This document shows, piece after piece, positions 58,403-64,000 of a stretch of DNA of 64,000 nt. The stretch lies in NCBI GenBank assembly GCA_963666115.2, contig CAXXET010000007.1, forward strand, positions 256,595-320,594, written 5' to 3'. Source of the stretch: Dehalococcoidia bacterium (GTDB lineage: Bacteria; Chloroflexota; Dehalococcoidia; UBA6926). Position 1 is the first letter of the stretch. Each line of letters starts with the position of its first letter. A program made the position numbers and the translations under genes. Below the pieces are notes generated by a model. It was not told the origin of the DNA, made no database searches, and worked only from the letters and a program-made list of their open reading frames with translations.

Positions 58403-59314
58403 ATGGACGCAACCTGGCGCGGCTGCGGCACGGCGCTGGTCACGCCGTTCAGCGCCGGCGGCGAGCTGGACGAAGCCGCCGTGCGGCGGCTGGCGCGGCG
58501 GCAGATCGACGCCGGCGTGCACTTCCTCGTGCCGTGCGGCACCACCGGCGAGAGCCCCACCCTGACGCACGCCGAGAAGCTGCGCGTGGTGGAGATCGTG
58601 GTCGACGAAGCCGGCGGCGCCGTGCCGGTGCTGGCGGGGGCCGGCGGCTACGACACGCGCTCGGCCGCAGCGCTGGCGCGGGAGCTGGCGGCGCTCGGCG
58701 CGGACGGGCTGCTGTCGGTGACGCCGTACTACAACAAGCCGACCCAGGAGGGCCTGTACCGGCACTTCCGGACCATCGCGGACGGCGTCGATCGGCCGCT
58801 GGTGCTCTACAACGTGCCGAGCCGGACCGGCTGCAACATCAGTCCGCCCACGCTCATGCGCCTGGCGGCGGCCGGCAACGTCGCCGGGGTCAAGGAAGCG
58901 TCGGGCGACCTCGGGCAGATGTGCGAGATCTGCCGCACGGCGCCCGGCGGCTTCGCCGTGCTCTCCGGGGACGACGCCTTCACGCTCGCGCTGCTGGCGC
59001 TCGGCGGGCGCGGCGTGATCTCCGTCGTCGCGAACGAGGCGCCGGCGGCGATGGCGGAGCTGGTCGAGCGGGGCCTGGACGGCGACTTCACCGCCGCGCG
59101 GGCGGCGCACGAGCGGCTGCTGCCGCTGATGCAGGTGAACTTCATCGAGTCCAACCCGATCCCGGTCAAGGCCGCGATGGAGGCGATGGGTCTCGCGCCG
59201 GCGCACTACCGGCTGCCCCTGTCGCCGCCCGCGCTGGCGGCGCGGGAACGCATCGCCGCCGTGGTCTCCGAGCTGGGCCTGGCGGGTGACATGGAAACGG
59301 CGGGAAGATCGTGA
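58403..59314 (+). CDS. dapA: 4-hydroxy-tetrahydrodipicolinate synthase
   Basis: TALVTPF, GTTGES, PYYNKPTQEG, LYNVPSRTG, GVKEASG, SGDD, ESNPIPVK. Confidence 0.96.
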   Translation: MDATWRGCGTALVTPFSAGGELDEAAVRRLARRQIDAGVHFLVPCGTTGESPTLTHAEKLRVVEIVVDEAGGAVPVLAGAGGYDTRSAAALARELAALGADGLLSVTPYYNKPTQEGLYRHFRTIADGVDRPLVLYNVPSRTGCNISPPTLMRLAAAGNVAGVKEASGDLGQMCEICRTAPGGFAVLSGDDAFTLALLALGGRGVISVVANEAPAAMAELVERGLDGDFTAARAAHERLLPLMQVNFIESNPIPVKAAMEAMGLAPAHYRLPLSPPALAARERIAAVVSELGLAGDMETAGRS

Positions 59315-60171
59315 GCAGCGCGCAGACGGCGGAGCTGGCGGAGGAGATTCGGCAGCTCGCGGAGCTGGCGGACGGCGGCGGGCGGCAGCGGGCCCGGGCG
59401 GCGTTCGAGCGGCTGCGGGAGGAGTTGTCGGCCGGCCGCGTGCGCGCCGCCGAGCCGGACGCCGCGGCGCCGACCGGCTGGCGCGTCAACGCCTGGGTCA
59501 AGCAGGGCATCCTGCTCGGCTTCCGCTCCGGCGACATCGCCCCCTACCCCGCGGCGAGCGCCGAACAGCCCTATCTCGACAAGGACACGCTGCCGCTCAA
59601 GCGCCTCGACGGCGCGTCGAAGGTGCGGCTCGTGCCGGGCGGATCCTCGATCCGGGACGGGGCGTACATCGGCGCCGGCGTCATCTGCATGCCGCCGATG
59701 TACGTCAACATCGGCGCCTACGTGGGCGGCGGCAGCCTGATCGACTCGCATGCCCTCGTGGGGTCGTGCGCGCAGGTCGGCAGCCGCGTGCACGTCAGCG
59801 CCGCGGCGCAGATCGGGGGCGTCCTGGAGCCGGTCGGCGCGCTGCCGGTCATCGTCGAGGACGACGTGCTGGTCGGCGGCAACACCGGCCTGTACGAAGG
59901 GGCGGTGGTGCGCCGCCGGGCCGTCATCGCCGCGGGCACCGTGCTGACCGGTTCGACGCCGGTCTACGACCTGCCCAACCGGCGCCTGATCAAGCCCGGC
60001 CAGGGGCAGCCGGTCGTCATCCCCGAGGGCGCCGTCGTCGTGCCCGGGGCGCGGGCCGTGACCGCGCCGGCCGGCCGGGAATGGGGGCTGTCGCTCGCCA
60101 CGCCGGTCATCGTGAAGTACCGCGATGACCGCACCGACACGCGCACAGGACTAGAGGCATGGCTGCGGTAG
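59311..60171 (+). CDS. dapD: Tetrahydrodipicolinate N-succinyltransferase
   Basis: WRVNAWVKQGILLGFR, RLVPGG, YVNIGAYV, VGSCAQVG..VH, IGGVLEP hexapeptide region. Confidence 0.93.
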   Translation: MSSAQTAELAEEIRQLAELADGGGRQRARAAFERLREELSAGRVRAAEPDAAAPTGWRVNAWVKQGILLGFRSGDIAPYPAASAEQPYLDKDTLPLKRLDGASKVRLVPGGSSIRDGAYIGAGVICMPPMYVNIGAYVGGGSLIDSHALVGSCAQVGSRVHVSAAAQIGGVLEPVGALPVIVEDDVLVGGNTGLYEGAVVRRRAVIAAGTVLTGSTPVYDLPNRRLIKPGQGQPVVIPEGAVVVPGARAVTAPAGREWGLSLATPVIVKYRDDRTDTRTGLEAWLR

Positions 60172-61163
60172 ACCTCGTGCGCCTCGCGCGCACGCTGATC
60201 GACATCGACTCGACCACCGGCAAGGAAGCCGATGCGGCCGGCTGGCTGGCGCGCTGGCTGCGCCGGCGCGGCTACGACGTCGTGGAGCAGCCGGTGACGG
60301 CGCGGCGCTTCAACGTGTACGCCACGCTCGATCCGCCGGAAGTCGTGCTGTCCACGCACATCGACTGCGTGCCCCCGTTCTTTTCGAGCCGCGAGGAGAA
60401 CGGCCGCCTCTACGGCCGCGGCGCCTGCGACGCGAAGGGGATACTGGCCGCGCAGATGGCCGCGCTGGAGCGGCTGCGCGACAGCGGCGAGCGCCGGGTC
60501 GGACTGCTCGTCGTCGTCGGCGAGGAGCGCGGCAGCCACGGCGCCCGCGCCGCCAACAAGCGCGCGCCGGGCTCGCGCTACCTCATCAACGGCGAGCCGA
60601 CCGACAACCGCCTGGCCACCGCCACCAAGGGCGTCTACCGGGTCCGGCTCTCCACGTCCGGCCGGGCCGCGCACTCCGCCTATCCAGAGCTGGGCGAGTC
60701 CGCCGTCGAGAAGCTCGTCGACGCGCTCGTTGCGCTGCGGAGCCTGGAGCTGCCGGCCGACCCCGTCCTGGGCGATACGACCTACACCGTCGGGATGCTG
60801 TCCGGCGGCGTGGCGCCGAACGTCGTGCCGCCCGCGGCCGAGGCGGACGTCAACTTCCGCACCGTGGGACCCACCGAGCGCCTGCGCGAGCGGCTGGCGC
60901 TGCTGCCGGGAACCGTCTCCATCGACGACGTCGTGATAGTGCCGCCCGTGCGGCTGACGACCGTGCCCGGCTTCGACACCGCGGTCTTCTCGTTCACGAC
61001 CGACATCCCGTTCCTCGACGCGTGGGGCAAGCCGCTGCTGCTCGGCCCCGGCTCCGTGCACGTGGCCCACAGCGCGGAGGAGCACGTGAAGATCGACGAG
61101 CTGCAGCACTCGGTCAACCTCTACGAGAAGCTCGCCCGCGAGTTGCTGGCCGGCGACGGCTGA
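60159..61163 (+). CDS. M20 family metallo-hydrolase (ArgE/DapE-like)
   Basis: THIDCVP, GRGACDAKG, GEE, GEPT, GRAAHS.YP, GG.APNVVP, GPG....AH...E. Confidence 0.88.
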   Translation: MAAVDLVRLARTLIDIDSTTGKEADAAGWLARWLRRRGYDVVEQPVTARRFNVYATLDPPEVVLSTHIDCVPPFFSSREENGRLYGRGACDAKGILAAQMAALERLRDSGERRVGLLVVVGEERGSHGARAANKRAPGSRYLINGEPTDNRLATATKGVYRVRLSTSGRAAHSAYPELGESAVEKLVDALVALRSLELPADPVLGDTTYTVGMLSGGVAPNVVPPAAEADVNFRTVGPTERLRERLALLPGTVSIDDVVIVPPVRLTTVPGFDTAVFSFTTDIPFLDAWGKPLLLGPGSVHVAHSAEEHVKIDELQHSVNLYEKLARELLAGDG

Positions 61164-61175
61164 TGGCATGAGCCG

Positions 61176-61988
61176 ATGGCGCTGCTCGACGGCCACGAGG
61201 AACCGCCGCCCGCGCGCCGCCGCTGGCCGTACTGGCTGATCGCGGTCGTTCTCGCGGCCGCCGCGGCCTGGCTGCTGGTTCCCCGGCTGCTGCCGCCGGC
61301 GCCGGACGCCGACAGCACCGCCCCGGCCGCAGCGCCTGCCCCCGCCCCCGCGGCGCCGGACGCGCCGGAAGCCGTAACCGCCGAAGCGCCCGATCCGGAA
61401 CCCGCCGCGCCGGAGCCGGAGCCCGAACCGGCTGCCGAGCCCGAGCCGCCGGCGCCCGATCCTCCCCCGCCGCCCCCAATCGTGCTGCGCGTAACGAGCG
61501 ACGTCGACGGCGCGGACGTCTTCATCGACCGGCAGCACGTGGGCACGACGCCGTTCGAGTCGAATGCCGTCGAGCCGGGCCGCTACCGCATCAACGTCGC
61601 GGCCACGGGCTACGAGACCTACGCGGCGGACGTGGAGATCACCGGCGACCTGACCTCCGTGGAGGCGGTGTTCCGGCTGGTGCGCCTGGACGAGCGTATC
61701 CCGGTCGTCCACAGGCACCGCTTCGGCGACTGCCAGGGCGAGCTGCTGGCGAGCACGAGCGGCATCACCTACCGCACCGACGACGACGATGCGTTCGAGG
61801 TCGGCCTCGACGACCTGGAGGAATTCGAGGTCGACTACCTGGAGCACAACCTGCGCATCAAGGTGCGCGGCGGCCGCACCTACAACTTCACCGACCGCCA
61901 GGACAACGCCGACGCCCTGTTCGTCTTCCACCGCGAGGTCGAGCAAGCCCGCGAGCGCCTCGCCCGCGGCGACCTGCCGGCGCCATAG
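61176..61988 (+). CDS. Membrane-anchored PEGA domain protein
   Basis: N-terminal TM, Pro/Ala/Glu linker, LRVTSDVDGADVFID...GTTP....PGRY.I.....GYE. Confidence 0.8.
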   Translation: MALLDGHEEPPPARRRWPYWLIAVVLAAAAAWLLVPRLLPPAPDADSTAPAAAPAPAPAAPDAPEAVTAEAPDPEPAAPEPEPEPAAEPEPPAPDPPPPPPIVLRVTSDVDGADVFIDRQHVGTTPFESNAVEPGRYRINVAATGYETYAADVEITGDLTSVEAVFRLVRLDERIPVVHRHRFGDCQGELLASTSGITYRTDDDDAFEVGLDDLEEFEVDYLEHNLRIKVRGGRTYNFTDRQDNADALFVFHREVEQARERLARGDLPAP

Positions 61989-62564
61989 ACGAACGGACGG
62001 ACGTATCATTTCCACGGATGATCTCTTCAGTCATTACGTCTCTTCGGCACCTTGTTGGTCTTCGCGCCACGTTGCCGCGCCACTTCGCGGAACCGATGAG
62101 CATTGAGGGTCCACCATGGATCCACGCTAACCCTTTTAATAGCAACATGTTGTACTGTAACCGTCACCCGCGTTCCCCGGTGGTGCCCCCCCAACCTGCA
62201 CTGGACTGTACCGCACGGCAGCAGCCCGTCGCGGACCGGTTCCCTGCTACTGAACCTCAATCAACCACACCCTACCCGCCATCTTCCATGACCATCGCTC
62301 GTCCAACGGCCGCGCATCGGACTCCCGACACACCGCCCGATTCCGCTCCGTCGGACGCCAGTGCAGGCGGCACACTTTCACCTGCCTCTGCCCGTGCGCG
62401 ACCGCAACCGCATGGCTCTCTATTCCATAGCCCCGCACTCAAGTGGGACCACGGTGCGCGACTCACCCGGTAGAAGTCGCCCCAGCTTGTCGCCGACCCG
62501 TCAGTCGGCTACTCTTGATCAGAGTGACCGGTCGGTACCCGGCCCCAAAAAACCGTATTCCCCA

Positions 62565-63314
62565 ATGCGATCCCTCAGAAAGTGGTGGGCGCCGTTATCG
62601 GCGGTTCTCGTGTCCATCGCTGGCATCTGCCTAGCCTACTACGGATGGGATTGGCTGACCGAATCCGGAAGCGAGACACACAGCGCGACAGTTCGCAACG
62701 TCGTCTTAGGCATCGCCGCGCCGGTAACTCTGCTGCTGGCAATTTGGCGTAGCCTTGTCGCAGAGCGACAAGCTGACACAGCGCAGCGTAGTCTGCATGA
62801 TGAGATGTATCGAGCGGCCGCCGGCATGCTTGACCACAGGCAGCTATTCGTCCGCTTGGGCGCCATCGACACCCTGCTACGCCTTGCCAGGACTTATCCC
62901 GCGGATTTCCACCTACGCGGTGTGCGTCTCCTGGCGGCCTTTGTTCGCCATCCGCCAACCCAGGAGGAGAAGGCACCCGGCGACCGCGTCCGAGAGGACG
63001 TTCAGACGATTCTCGTATTCTTCGGCGCACGGTCGACGGAAGCCCACGAACTCGAAGACAAAGCCGATTTCATCATTGACCTGCAAGGATCAGATCTCAG
63101 TCACATCTGGCTCCCACGGGGGGCAAACCTCAAGCGAATCAGACTGGCACGCTGCAACCTGTCCGATGCGGTGCTCAATGGAGTTACCGGCCTTACGCAA
63201 AATCGGATCCAAGGCTCGACTGCCGCCCCGACGCAGCCTCCCAGCTTCCGGGACGCGATTGACTGCGAGACAGGACTGCCCCTGATATGGCCCCCGGATA
63301 GCCCTACCGGATAG
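62565..63314 (+). CDS. Two-TM membrane protein with short pentapeptide-like C-terminus
   Basis: Two hydrophobic helices, VRLGAI..L..LA motif, DLQGSDLS..ANLK..CNLSDAVL repeats. Confidence 0.7.
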   Translation: MRSLRKWWAPLSAVLVSIAGICLAYYGWDWLTESGSETHSATVRNVVLGIAAPVTLLLAIWRSLVAERQADTAQRSLHDEMYRAAAGMLDHRQLFVRLGAIDTLLRLARTYPADFHLRGVRLLAAFVRHPPTQEEKAPGDRVREDVQTILVFFGARSTEAHELEDKADFIIDLQGSDLSHIWLPRGANLKRIRLARCNLSDAVLNGVTGLTQNRIQGSTAAPTQPPSFRDAIDCETGLPLIWPPDSPTG

Positions 63315-63446
63315 ACGACAACAACACCGCGTCGTCGATCATTGATGTTCCGATGCGCTGCTAGCCAACCCGCCACGGCCGTGGTCCCTTCCTTGCAGGC
63401 GATGTGGCCTTGGCCGCTCCACTTGCCTCCCTGTAGGTCTTTGATG

Positions 63447-63935
63447 TCAAAGGTCCGCAGCGAGGCTTTCTATATGTTCCGAGACCGCCTTGGATATCGT
63501 TTCATCGGAGTACCCTTTCTTTATAAGGGCGTCCTTTTTGACTGTCGCTTCCGGGTCTCCTCCGAAAAATGCTTCGCAGTAGGCTCTGAACTCGGGCTCT
63601 TCATGAAGCATGCTCGCATTCTTGCGCAGTTGTTCCGAGAGCTTTTCTCTACTGAGCCCCTTGGCCTTCATCATCGATCTTAGCGTCGTTTTGTTGTCCG
63701 TAAAGAACTTCTGAAATTCCTGTCTGTCAAATTCAATCAGTTCAATTGCATTTTTCCGGCATGGGTTATTTGTATACGAGGTCAACAGTCTTGCAAGATC
63801 GTTTGGAATGACTCCTCCTGCAAACGCGTGCACCAACAGGTCGGCTGCGAACGTGAAGTCACAGTTCGAGAAGATATCGTCCCAATATCTTCTTTTCTTT
63901 AGTCCGAACAAGTCCACTTTTTTGACCGTTGGCAC
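63447..63935 (-). CDS. Hypothetical protein (low GC)
   Basis: 162-codon ORF in AT-richer DNA with Lys/Glu-rich helical composition. No recognised motif. Confidence 0.45.
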   Translation of the reverse strand: MPTVKKVDLFGLKKRRYWDDIFSNCDFTFAADLLVHAFAGGVIPNDLARLLTSYTNNPCRKNAIELIEFDRQEFQKFFTDNKTTLRSMMKAKGLSREKLSEQLRKNASMLHEEPEFRAYCEAFFGGDPEATVKKDALIKKGYSDETISKAVSEHIESLAADL

Positions 63936-64000
63936 TCAGCAAAAGACGGTCGAAGGCGCGCCTGAGGTGTCCTTAGTCGGCAGCGATCCGTCCGGCGATG

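Noticed and set aside
57725-62015. Long minus-strand ORFs 57725-59206 and 59964-62015
   Set aside because: Antisense shadows of the dap, M20 and PEGA genes.
62181-62210. tRNA 3' end (GGGGGCACCA on minus strand) as an att remnant
   Set aside because: No T-loop (TTCGA) or cloverleaf upstream.
63936-63941. In-frame TGC-TGA just upstream of ORF 63447-63935 as a second Sec codon
   Set aside because: No redox-fold context, no clear SECIS, and the upstream frame is not protein-like.

Overview
High-GC bacterial window in four blocks. (1) 1-7.2 kb: pyrimidine operon pyrC-carA-(membrane orf)-carB-pyrK. (2) 7.2-16.9 kb: acyl-CoA/molybdoenzyme catabolic genes (MaoC-type dehydratases, tandem CoA-transferase III, coxS/coxM/coxG-like genes with no large subunit), a GIY-YIG nuclease, ParDE-like and VapBC toxin-antitoxin pairs, and an ArsC/Spx-family gene missed by the ORF track because it has an in-frame TGA in a UxxC motif followed by a SECIS-like hairpin (probable selenoprotein). 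(3) 17-56.5 kb, minus strand: two giant secreted proteins. The first is about 10,600 aa once three single-base homopolymer insertions are removed, and is signal-peptide led and membrane anchored. It has eight ~2-kb GLUG-like/Calx-beta-like/FN3 modules and about 50 FN3-like domains, many apparently nested inside the loops of other FN3 domains. It is translationally coupled to a 2,585-aa paralog. (4) After a truncated GAF/PAS sensor the sequence switches abruptly at ~57.55 kb to a more GC-rich dapB-dapA-dapD-M20-PEGA cluster (possible chimeric join), then to lower-GC orphan genes. The left blocks resemble Chloroflexota (Dehalococcoidia/SAR202-like, possibly host-associated); this is inference only.
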